DNA from: Sphingobium sp.
GTDB lineage: Bacteria > Pseudomonadota > Alphaproteobacteria > Sphingomonadales > Sphingomonadaceae
Assembly: GCA_036383715.1 (NCBI GenBank)
Contig: DASVNT010000065.1
Location: 4,682-68,681 of the forward strand
DNA: 64,000 bases
Direction of reading: 5' to 3'
Shown: positions 48,943 through 57,855 of the stretch, one piece after another
How positions within the stretch are numbered: position 1 is the stretch's first letter
Layout: each line of letters opens with the position of its first letter
Position numbers and translations under genes: made by a program
The notes under the pieces: model-generated
What the model was told of the DNA's origin: nothing
Seen by the model: the letters and a program-made list of their open reading frames with translations, nothing else
The model's database searches: none

Positions 48943-49358
48943 CTCTGCCTCAAATGCGGCCAGACCGGGTTGTTGAGCCTGAAGATCATATCCAATGCCG
49001 CGCCGTGATTTCTGTACCGGCAGGCCGGCGGAGCGGATCTCCTAATTCATTGGGATGGAAAAGCAATTGAAGGCCTGGCCCCCGTGAAAGCAGGGGGCAT
49101 GCCCGGGGACATCTGGCCCATATGGCGGCGGCGGAGTTTCAGGGGCATATCATCCGGCGGTCATGTGGGCAGGCGATAGGCGCAGGCCGGAAAGGATCGA
49201 CTTGCCGGATCCATTCCAATAACGCAAATCGCGGTTGTGCGCCGTTATGCCCCTGTTGCCTTATTATTCTGTCGTTCGGAAGACTTGTGAAACAATATTC
49301 TACCCCCCCCTCCTCCAGCGCGTCCAGTCCGTCGGTTTCAGGCCAGGGCGACCGCTCA

Positions 49359-50954
49359 ATGGGGCGCCTGTTGTTCCACATCGCCATGTTGGTGTTGATC
49401 GGTCTGGCGTTCGTTTTCATCAATCCGCGGGGCTATATCGGGGGCGCCTATGACGATGGGCGCTATCTGGCGGCGGCGACCCGGTGGGCGATGGAAGGGC
49501 CGGTGCTGGGGCACAATCATTGGGCGCTGCGCTGGCCGCTGGTGTTGCCGACGGCGGCGATCATTCATCAGGCGGGACTGGATTTCTGGGCGCTGCTGAT
49601 CCCCGGCATCCTGTCCTATCTGGGGTTGGCGCTTGTCAATTATATCGGCCTGCGGTCAGCCGTCAGCGCGCGTGCGGGATTTCTCGGCGCGCTCGGCATC
49701 CTTGCGACGCCTGGCATCGCCTACTGGTCCTGCGCGCTTTATCCCGACCTGCTGGAAGCGGCCCTGTGGTCGGCAGCTTTCTGGTCGCTATGGCATGCAA
49801 CCCATATGGCGGAAGGCCCCCGGCAGACCCGGTGGGTGCTGATAACGGGCCTTATAGCGGGCCTGTCCTTCTGCGTGCGGGAAACCTCCGCCGCCCTTGC
49901 CATCGGGCTGGTGCTGGCCATGTTGTTCCTGCCCCGCCTGCCGTTGCGCCTGTGGATCATGGCAGGCGCCAGCACTGCGCTGTTGCCGGTCGCGGAATAT
50001 GCGATCCTGTGGGCGGCGAGCGGCGATCCGCTCTATCGCCTGCATGTCGACCTCAACCATATCGCCATCGCATCGGAAGACATGCGCGGCGGCGTGGCCA
50101 AGGGGGAGCTGGCGGTATTCAACACCGGCATCATGGAACGCTGGGCGGGCGCAGGGCCGGTGCGCATCCATTGGGCGGTGGACACCTGGATCAATTTCTT
50201 CGCGAACTTCTACTATGGCCAGAATTATGTCGTAGCGGCCGTTCTAGGCTTGTGCCATGTCCTCAAGCGTCGCGCGACGGCTCCTGATCTGCGGCTTGTC
50301 AGGGGGTTGGTGCCGGCGCTCCTCGCCATCGGCATCGCGAACACGCTGTGGAACCTCTATGTCCTGGCGCTCAACCCCAGTGACCGCATGTTCATCCCCA
50401 CCACGGTCATGGTCACCATGATCGCGGCGATGCTGGCGGATCGGCTCTGGCCGCTGCGTAGGATCCGGACATTTGTTGGCGTGGTCATGGGGATCAAGAT
50501 CCTGTCCACTTTGATCGTGGCGGATACGCTGCCCAATTATCGCGATGGCGCCGCCATAGCGCATCGCATCGCACCGCCCGCCGGTCCGGTCCATGTCAGT
50601 TGGCAGACATATGCCAATCTGGCGCTGGCCGATCCTGCGTTCCGGCGCAGGCTCGACGTGCGGGCCGCTCCGGCGGGAGGCGTGCTCGTCCTCTACACCA
50701 ACCTGCGCTCGCCGCTGACGGAGCATTTGTCGCCGGGCCGCTGGATACTGGTGCGGAGGGAGGCGACCGGACATTACCCCTATGTGATCGCATTTGCCGA
50801 CGGGTTGATCGGCCTGATGGGCCAGCCGCCCATCCAACATGCCGACATCGAGATTCGGTTGTTCCGGCGCCTGCCGGGGCCATCGCTCGATCATGCTGTT
50901 GCGGCAGGACCGGACGGTCGCGATCTGCCTTCCGGCGCAGCGCCCGCCGAATAG
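49359..50954 (+). CDS. ArnT/PMT-like (GT-C) glycosyltransferase
   Basis: TM1 followed by YDDGRY, LYPDL, VRET, GDPLYR; multiple TMs. Confidence 0.75.
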   Translation: MGRLLFHIAMLVLIGLAFVFINPRGYIGGAYDDGRYLAAATRWAMEGPVLGHNHWALRWPLVLPTAAIIHQAGLDFWALLIPGILSYLGLALVNYIGLRSAVSARAGFLGALGILATPGIAYWSCALYPDLLEAALWSAAFWSLWHATHMAEGPRQTRWVLITGLIAGLSFCVRETSAALAIGLVLAMLFLPRLPLRLWIMAGASTALLPVAEYAILWAASGDPLYRLHVDLNHIAIASEDMRGGVAKGELAVFNTGIMERWAGAGPVRIHWAVDTWINFFANFYYGQNYVVAAVLGLCHVLKRRATAPDLRLVRGLVPALLAIGIANTLWNLYVLALNPSDRMFIPTTVMVTMIAAMLADRLWPLRRIRTFVGVVMGIKILSTLIVADTLPNYRDGAAIAHRIAPPAGPVHVSWQTYANLALADPAFRRRLDVRAAPAGGVLVLYTNLRSPLTEHLSPGRWILVRREATGHYPYVIAFADGLIGLMGQPPIQHADIEIRLFRRLPGPSLDHAVAAGPDGRDLPSGAAPAE

Positions 50955-51152
50955 ACCGGCGGCTCTGGTCGCCATGATCGCGCGGGCTATGGCTGAGTGA
51001 CGCCGCGCCGGGAGGCGATGGACCGGATTGACGCGGCAATCGCGGCGGCAAGGCTTTCCGACAAATGGCCGGAATGAGGTAAGGGGCCTGTTTGTCGCGA
51101 TCCATCTATAAGCATTCTCGCAGAGCCGCCTTTTCGTCTATCACGCTTCATC

Positions 51153-51545
51153 ATGCAGAGCCTGTTTCGCCAAGTCTTCCGCTACGCCATCGCCGGAGCC
51201 GCCGCCGCCGCCATTTATGGCGTCACTTATCTGCTGTTCGCGGATCATGTCTTTCCCAAAGGCTATGCGACCGCGGCCGTGGTGCCGGCCTTCCTCATTT
51301 CCCTGGCGGCCAGCTTTGCCCTCCACAGCTACTGGACCTTCAGCGGCCATGGCGCGCGCCCCGGCGGTGTGGGGCAGCCACTGCGTTTCACGCTGGTCCA
51401 GATGGGCGGTCTGGCGCTCAACGCCGCCTTTACCTTCGCCGTGACGGATGTAATGGGCGGCGCCAACTGGCTGGCGCTCCTGCCCTGCCTCACGCTTACG
51501 CCGCTGGCGACTTTTGCGGTGCAGAGAATCTGGGTGTTCGGTTGA
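51153..51545 (+). CDS. GtrA family flippase
   Basis: FRYAIAG, SFALHSYWTF, C-terminal RIWVF; four TMs. Confidence 0.9.
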   Translation: MQSLFRQVFRYAIAGAAAAAIYGVTYLLFADHVFPKGYATAAVVPAFLISLAASFALHSYWTFSGHGARPGGVGQPLRFTLVQMGGLALNAAFTFAVTDVMGGANWLALLPCLTLTPLATFAVQRIWVFG

Positions 51546-53073
51546 CGGCCGTTTCCGGCTCGGCGGGCAGGTGCAGCACGCGGAGGCCGACATGGATCTT
51601 GCGCGGCAACGCCTCGTCCATGGCGGCCGCGATTGCAGGACTGAACTGCTCATCGAACCAGTGATAGCCCTGCTGCCCATCGGACAGGACGGCTGCGATC
51701 TCGTGGTTCCGGATCTTTTCGACCAACCCCCTCTCATCCCAGCGCCCGGCATAAGCCAATTCACGAAATATGGCAGGCTCCCATACGACCCGGTGCCCCG
51801 TGCGCAGTAGCAACGCCATTTCGGTCGACAATATGGGGCCATGGATTGCCCGCAGCATCGGGGCGAGCCTGTCCCCCTGCACCTGGAAATCCCGGACATG
51901 CCGCAAATGGCTTGGGCCTGTCGTCACGGCGGTCCACAGCACCGTCAGTAGCGGCAGGGCTAGACACAGCGCGCCCGCCGCCTTCCGACCGCCCTGCCAT
52001 AGCCGCTCGCCGGTGCGCAGGAACAGGGCCATGGCGACCCCGCCGAACAGCGCGAGCGATGCTTCCCACTGCATATAATAGGCGCTGCTCGACCCATATT
52101 TGGCGGTCGCGACGAGGGACAGGGTCGCGAGCATGGCAAAGGCGACCACTGCCTGCCGCCGCACCAGCGCAGAAGGGGACATCGCCGCGCTGCGCCGTAG
52201 GCCGCCTCCGACAATGACCCAGATCAGGCCCAATATGCCAAGTGCCAGAAGCCCCCGGTCGACCTCGGACGTGCCCTCCATGATGTTGGGCACCAGCCGG
52301 GCCAGCTCGAACCGATTGATATTGTAGAGGATGAGGTGATCCAGCACCCTCCCCTGCGTCTGTACGATCAGGATGGCGAGAAAGGCGGAACCCAGCAGGA
52401 GGCAGGTGGCGATCCCCCGCACCGCCAGCCTTGGCCGGTGGAACAGCAGTACGCCTAGCCCGGCCGCCGCCGTCAGCACGCTATTCTGCTTGGTGAACAC
52501 CGACAGCACGAAAACCACGCCCGCCCAATAGATGAGCGCAGGCCGCTCAACCGCCTGTACGACGAGCCACAGTCCCAACAGCGCAAGGAAACAGGCCAGC
52601 GGATCGACCCGCATCAGCGGCGTCCAGTCCTGCACACCTTGGCAGCCGAGGGTGCAGATTGCCGCGCCCGCCATTGCAACGATTCGCTGCCCGCGTGAAA
52701 AATCCTGCCCCAGCCATGGCTTCGTCAGCGCCATCACGATGATGGTCGACCCGGCGGTGGCGGTCAGCGACACGATTCGTCCTGCTGACAGGGGATCGAC
52801 ACCCAATCCCGCAATGGCCGCCGACAGCAGATGATAAACCGGCGGATAATGATAGACGATCGCGGGAAAGCCCCCAATGGGGGCATAGCCGCGCCCCGCG
52901 ACGATATCGTTCATCTGTTGCCAGACGATCCCCTCATTATAGTCGAGGCCATAAGGAAAAGGGATGGCGGCAAGGATATAGGCGAGCAGGAAGCCGGCCG
53001 GGGCTGCGGCGCAAAGGGCCAGCAGGATCAGATAAATCCGTTCGACCGGCGGGAGAGCGGATCGTCCCGTCAT
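51496..53073 (-). CDS. ArnT-like (GT-C) glycosyltransferase
   Basis: LDYNEG, YPPVY, GRIVSL, RVDPLA, FTKQN; multiple TMs. Confidence 0.75.
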   Translation of the reverse strand: MTGRSALPPVERIYLILLALCAAAPAGFLLAYILAAIPFPYGLDYNEGIVWQQMNDIVAGRGYAPIGGFPAIVYHYPPVYHLLSAAIAGLGVDPLSAGRIVSLTATAGSTIIVMALTKPWLGQDFSRGQRIVAMAGAAICTLGCQGVQDWTPLMRVDPLACFLALLGLWLVVQAVERPALIYWAGVVFVLSVFTKQNSVLTAAAGLGVLLFHRPRLAVRGIATCLLLGSAFLAILIVQTQGRVLDHLILYNINRFELARLVPNIMEGTSEVDRGLLALGILGLIWVIVGGGLRRSAAMSPSALVRRQAVVAFAMLATLSLVATAKYGSSSAYYMQWEASLALFGGVAMALFLRTGERLWQGGRKAAGALCLALPLLTVLWTAVTTGPSHLRHVRDFQVQGDRLAPMLRAIHGPILSTEMALLLRTGHRVVWEPAIFRELAYAGRWDERGLVEKIRNHEIAAVLSDGQQGYHWFDEQFSPAIAAAMDEALPRKIHVGLRVLHLPAEPETAVNRTPRFSAPQKSPAA

Positions 53074-53711
53074 GTCCGTTTCGGTCTCGCAACCAGCAAC
53101 ATTTGCTTGCCGATCGGTTTCACCGGGCTGGCGAGCCACAGGCCGATCAGGAAATCCCAGGTCGGCAGGCGGGACTTGACCGTGAGCGGCAGGAAGCGTG
53201 GCTCGACGCTCAGCACTTCCCACCCATGGGCCTCCAGAAAGTCGGTCATGCTGATGTGCGAATAAATGGCGACATGGGTATAGTCATCGAAATATTCGCG
53301 ATAGGCATAGCGATAATTGGGTTGCACGATGGTGAGCGTGCCCCGCGCCGACAGGACGCGAGCCAAGGCCGCCAGTGTGTCCGCGAACTGCTCCTGCGTC
53401 AGATGTTCGAACAGGTTCGATGCAAAAGCATAGTCGACCGCCCCCGCCTCTATGCCATCCAGCGCGTTCGCCGGGCCGATCAGCGTCTCCACGCCCGGAG
53501 CAACATGTTCGGTCAGGCCGGGCCACAGGTCCACCGCGATCCGTCGCCGCGCCTTCACGCTGTTGATGAAGTCGCCATAACCCGCGCCCAGATCCAGCAC
53601 CGTATCATCCGGTCGAACCTGCCTGGAAAAATGATAGCGCCATAGCGCCCGCCATACCTGCGCGCGCTTGGGATCCAATGCGAGCCGTGTCTCATGATAG
53701 CCGTCCGTCAT
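53070..53711 (-). CDS. Class I SAM-dependent methyltransferase
   Basis: VLDLGAGYG, FASNLFEHL, YFDDYTH; ATGA overlaps with both neighbours. Confidence 0.9.
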   Translation of the reverse strand: MTDGYHETRLALDPKRAQVWRALWRYHFSRQVRPDDTVLDLGAGYGDFINSVKARRRIAVDLWPGLTEHVAPGVETLIGPANALDGIEAGAVDYAFASNLFEHLTQEQFADTLAALARVLSARGTLTIVQPNYRYAYREYFDDYTHVAIYSHISMTDFLEAHGWEVLSVEPRFLPLTVKSRLPTWDFLIGLWLASPVKPIGKQMLLVARPKRT

Positions 53712-54745
53712 GATGCCGCCCCGCGCCAGTTGAACATGATGCCCCTGATCATCCGCAATCCCACGGTGAATCCCCGCCAGTTGTTCACATTGCCTCCCTT
53801 GCTGACGCCTACACGCTCATGGAAGGTCAGGGGGCATTCGACCACGACCAGATCAAGCCCCAGCGCGGTGTCGAGGAGATAGGCGTTGAATTCCAGATTG
53901 ATCGCCGGATTCACCTCCGGCAGCAAAGCCTCAAGCGCCGAACGGCGGCACAATTTATAGGTCGTGCCCACGTCGGTCAGCGTGCTGCGCCCCAGATGCT
54001 TGGCCTCCAGCAGCTTGGCCACGAACAGATTACCATAATACATGAAGGTGCTGAGCTGCGTCTGATATTGGCGTAGCGGCTCGACGATCCGCGTTCCGTT
54101 CACAATGTCGCAGTGGGGCGCATAGGCGACCAGCTTTTCGATATCATAGGCGCGAAAGGTCCGGTCCCCTTCGCACAGCACGACCAGATCGGTATCGTCA
54201 TATCTTGCCGCCTCCGTCAGGCAGCGATGGACGCAGCGCCCATAGCCCGGCAGCTCCTCGTTAATTGTGATGGCGCCTGCCGCCACCGCCCGTTCGAAGG
54301 TCTGGTCGCGACTGTTGTTGCTGACGACGATCACCCGCGCCACCATCGGATGAGTCAGAAAGTCCGCCACCGCTTCGCCGATGCTGTCCTCATCATTATA
54401 GGCGGTGAGCGCCACCGTGACCGCTCGCGTCGCCGGCGGATCGTATCGGACGGGACGGTCGGGCTTGCGATGCCGGAGCAGGTAGAGCAGGTCGACCAAT
54501 ATCAGCGCCAGGCCGAAGGTCAGCGGCACGCCGCTATACCAGACCAGCCATTCCGCAAGATGATCCAGAAAGCCTTCAAACGGCAGCAAATAACGCGGAA
54601 TGACCAGCAATACGCCAAACACGTACATGGCGAGGCCAAGGGTCGCGCAGAGCACGCCATAAAGCAGATAGGGAGGATGATCCCTCAACTTACGAGTCAA
54701 AAAACGCCCCCAAACAAAAATGCCCTGCCCTGTGAGCGGGGGCAC
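53708..54745 (-). CDS. GT2 glycosyltransferase with two N-terminal TMs (polyprenyl-P-sugar synthase-like)
   Basis: VALTAYND, VVSNNSRD, GYG, CEGD, TDVGTTYK, RVGVSKGG; start uncertain. Confidence 0.85.
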   Translation of the reverse strand: MPPLTGQGIFVWGRFLTRKLRDHPPYLLYGVLCATLGLAMYVFGVLLVIPRYLLPFEGFLDHLAEWLVWYSGVPLTFGLALILVDLLYLLRHRKPDRPVRYDPPATRAVTVALTAYNDEDSIGEAVADFLTHPMVARVIVVSNNSRDQTFERAVAAGAITINEELPGYGRCVHRCLTEAARYDDTDLVVLCEGDRTFRAYDIEKLVAYAPHCDIVNGTRIVEPLRQYQTQLSTFMYYGNLFVAKLLEAKHLGRSTLTDVGTTYKLCRRSALEALLPEVNPAINLEFNAYLLDTALGLDLVVVECPLTFHERVGVSKGGNVNNWRGFTVGLRMIRGIMFNWRGAAS

Positions 54746-54927
54746 TCATAGATACTATCCTTTGCACTATGCAACCCGCGCTGGTCCGGCTCGCGCCCCG
54801 CGTGAGATACAGGATCAGGCGGGCGGTGATCCTGATGAGGCTTTGCGTTTTGGCGGAGGAGCGATCCGCCCCCTCCTTGTCCCTGGAATAGTTTTGGATA
54901 TAATCTGGCTCTTCAAAAGGATGTATG

Positions 54928-55100
54928 ATGGCCCGCAACACATCCGTGACGATCGGGGATCATTTCACCAGCTTATCAGCGATCAGGTGCGAACAGGCCG
55001 CTATGGTCCAGCCAGCGATGTCGTGCGCGCAGGACTTCGGTTGCTGGAAGAGCATGAACCACGGTACGGGCGCTGCAGAATGGTCTGATCGCCGGGGAAC
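54928..55100 (+). pseudogene. ParD-type RHH antitoxin with two frameshifts
   Basis: MARNTSVTIGDHFTS / ISDQVRTGRYGPASDVVRAGLRLLEEHE / TVRALQNGLIAGE read across three frames; no parE follows. Confidence 0.85.
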
Positions 55101-55163
55101 CGCATCCAATTCGTGCTTTCGAGTAGAAATTGCACAAGGCGGTATGGTGAGCAGGAAGCGATC

Positions 55164-55298
55164 ATGACAGGAACCCCGCAAGGCGAGTTGTTCCTGCTCG
55201 ACAGTCCCTTGATCGGAGAGGTGCGCGGGGAGCGGTCGTTGATGGCCTTTCCCTTCTTCGCGCTCAGCAAGAATGCGTGGATGAAGCCCCTCGCCTAG
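55164..55298 (+). pseudogene. N-terminal fragment of plasmid-type replication initiator RepA
   Basis: QGELFLLDSPLIGEVRGERSLMAFPFFALSK, then stop. Confidence 0.7.
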
Positions 55299-55422
55299 CC
55301 TCCTTCCCGATATGGACTGTTTGATCCGTGCGCAGGCCTATTTCTACTCGAAAGCACGAACCGTAAAGCCTTCCACCGCGCCACCAGTGCTGCGATTATG
55401 TGGCTGCCGGTCATGAGGGCCG

Positions 55423-55902
55423 GTGTGGTTGGAGGGCTATGCCGCCACATTCGGTAGCGAAACGCGCATCGGCTCGATTACGGAAGTGATCGAGCGCGAC
55501 GCGTTTCGTTCGTCCCTTGGCGGCGATATTCTCGCACTGATGGACCACGACCCGCATCGCGTGCTGGGCCGCACGCGATGCGGCACCCTCCGCCTGAGCG
55601 ACGACAGCAAGGGCTTGGCCTTTTCGCTGGACCTTCCCGACACTGCGGCGGGCCGTGATGTGCTGGAGCTGGCTCAGCGTTCGGACCTTGGCGGCATGTC
55701 GTTCGGCTTCATCGTGCCCAAGGGTGGCGACCACTGGAAAGGCGAGCGGCGCCCGCTCCGATCGGTGGACCTGCGGGAAATCAGCGTTGTCAGTGCCCAT
55801 CCGGCATATCCTGATACCTCGTTGGCGCTGCGGTCGCGACCTTATCCCAGCGAGATTGAGGCGCGCCGGCGGCGTACCATCATAGCGGAGTTGAGCGCAT
55901 GA
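55423..55902 (+). pseudogene. HK97-family prohead protease, probably 5'-truncated
   Basis: LEGYAATF, LMDHD, LGRT...TLRL..D.KGL, GMSFGF, LREISVV..PAYPDT. Confidence 0.85.
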
Positions 55903-56144
55903 GGATGGTTGAGCGCATCGCCGCACGCATGGGCTATGAAAAGCGCGCCGCAGCACCGTCTTGGGATGCTCTATCTTCGGGCATGGGCTTCGCATCGGCA
56001 GTATCGACCCGACAGGCCGAAAACCTGTCGGCCGTTTTGGCGTGCACGACCGTCATCGCCTGCTCGCTCGCGTCCATCCCGGCCCTGATCTATCGTCGGG
56101 AGGGCGAGACGAGGACGGAGGCGCTTAGTCACCCGCTCGCAAAG
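55899..56144 (+). pseudogene. HK97-family portal protein, N-terminal fragment
   Basis: AENLSAVLACTTVIACSLASIPALIYRR...HPLAK, then an abrupt switch to integrase-like sequence. Confidence 0.8.
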
Positions 56145-56784
56145 GCTGACCCGCGAGGGCGTATCCATTGCTATGGCGTGGCGCGAGTGAAAGCAGAGGA
56201 AAACGGGCGCACGGTTGGCGGCATTGAGGCCGCGCGGAAGCTGCGAAAGGAATCGCACGCGCTGGCCGCTGGGAACTAAGCAGCGGCTTGCGATGGAACT
56301 GATGTTGTGGACCGACCAGCGGAAGGTCGATGCGATCCATCTGGGAAGGCAGCATATTAAAGATGGCCGGTTCGTCATCCGCCAGAGCAAAACGGGTAAA
56401 CTACTGACGCTTCCCATCGCCGCGCCATTGGCAGAGGCGATTGTCGCGATGCCGCAATCCGACGCCCTTTGCTTCATCGTGACTGAGTGGGGACGGCCCT
56501 TCTCGGTGAAGGGGTTCGGCGGATGGTTTCGCGATCAATGCGATGCCGCAGGGCTGCCCAAATGCACCGCCCATGGCCTTCGGAAAGCGACCATGCGCCG
56601 AATGGCGGAATTGGAAATGCCCAACAAAACCATGAAGTCTGTCAGCGCGCATACCAAGGATGAGGGGGTGGCGAGATACACCGAGGCCGCTAATCAAGCG
56701 CGCCTCGCAGAGAGCGCCATCAAGCAATTGGTGGACTGGGAAAAGTCTAACCCTTCGCAGGGGTTAGACACCAGCTCGGCATAA
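56145..56784 (+). pseudogene. Tyrosine integrase, C-terminal catalytic fragment
   Basis: WPLGTKQRLAMELMLWTDQR, QSKTG, HGLRK, VARYT; N-terminal domain missing; ends 32 nt from the tRNA. Confidence 0.88.
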
Positions 56785-56816
56785 GGTCATGTGTAGCTTG
56801 AATATTTCCCACCCCT

Positions 56817-56890
56817 TGGAGGCCCGAGCCGGAATCGAACCGGCGTGCACGGATTTGCAGTCCGCTGCGTCACCACTCCGCCATCGGGCC
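56817..56890 (-). tRNA. tRNA-Cys (GCA)
   Basis: GGCCCGATGGCGGAGTGGTGACGCAGCGGACTGCAAATCCGTGCACGCCGGTTCGATTCCGGCTCGGGCCTCCA; cloverleaf with encoded CCA. Confidence 0.98.
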
Positions 56891-57059
56891 TCGGTGTGGG
56901 AAGGTGCGCCGCTAGCCCAAAAATCCGGGGAAGGCAATCCGCGTCTCGGCCGTGGGGCGAATAGTCAGCCCGATCGAGCGCAAAAGCGGTTTCCTGTCGC
57001 CGCGATTCGTGCTTAGGCGGCACGATCAAGCGACCAGTATTGCGAGCCGGGATACCCTC

Positions 57060-57713
57060 ATGACCGAACAGAATTTCACGTCGACGCGCCGGGCCATGGT
57101 CGAAAGCCAGCTTCGCACCAACGACGTCAATGACGTTGCGGTGATTCGCGCCGTCCTGACCGTGCCGCGCGAAGCCTATGTGCCGGAGGAGCGCCGCGCC
57201 GCCGCCTATATCGACCGCGCCGTGCCGCTGGGCAATGGCCGCGCACTCAACCCGCCGCTCGCCACCACCCGTCTTCTGAACGAGGCGGCGATCGAGGCAG
57301 GCCAGTCGGTGCTGCTGGTCGGCGCCGCGACAGGCTATGCCGCCGCATTGCTGGTGGAACTGGGCGCTGTGGTCACCGCACTGGAATCGGACGCTGCCCT
57401 GGCCGCCACCGCAAAGTCCAATCTGGCCGGTAAGCCGGGCGTTACCGTCGTCGAGGGTCCGCTGGAAGCAGGCGTTCCGGCGAGCGCGCCCTATGACCTG
57501 CTGTTCATCGACGGCGCTGTCGAAACCCTGCCCCAGGCCTTGACCGACCAGTTGAAGACGGACGGACGGGCCGTGTTCGCCAGCGCGGATCAGGGCGTGA
57601 CGCGCCTGTCTTCCGGCATTCGCAGCGCGGGCGGCTTTGGCGCGGCGGCCTTTGTCGATGCCGAGGCGGTGATCCTGCCGGGTTTTGCCGCGCCCAAGCC
57701 GTTCCGGTTCTGA
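57060..57713 (+). CDS. pcm: Protein-L-isoaspartate O-methyltransferase
   Basis: RRAMVESQLRTNDV, VPREAYVP, LLVGAATGY, PYDLLFIDGAV. Confidence 0.92.
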   Translation: MTEQNFTSTRRAMVESQLRTNDVNDVAVIRAVLTVPREAYVPEERRAAAYIDRAVPLGNGRALNPPLATTRLLNEAAIEAGQSVLLVGAATGYAAALLVELGAVVTALESDAALAATAKSNLAGKPGVTVVEGPLEAGVPASAPYDLLFIDGAVETLPQALTDQLKTDGRAVFASADQGVTRLSSGIRSAGGFGAAAFVDAEAVILPGFAAPKPFRF

Positions 57714-57855
57714 CACGCGACCAAAGCGTTTTCGTTCAGGGCATTAGCCACACCATTCCCGCATGGCGGGGCGGCAGTGGTCGTTTGCGTTAACCAGCTT
57801 GCACCCGTCCGCTTGTGACGGAATAAGGGCCGCATCGTAATTCAGGGGAGCTGTG

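Larger units (their letters stand above)
46493..56832. mobile_element. Degenerate genomic island (satellite/prophage remnant) integrated at tRNA-Cys
   Basis: Flanking 16-bp direct repeat, integrase fragment abutting the tRNA, phage head gene fragments, visibly lower-GC stretches. Confidence 0.85.

Noticed and set aside
51496-51545. 50-bp convergent overlap of gtrA and the GT-C gene as antisense regulation
   Set aside because: Short 3' overlaps of convergent genes are common and nothing else supports a regulatory role
55423-56784. Functional prophage or active integrase
   Set aside because: Portal and integrase are truncated; no capsid, terminase, tail or lysis genes are present
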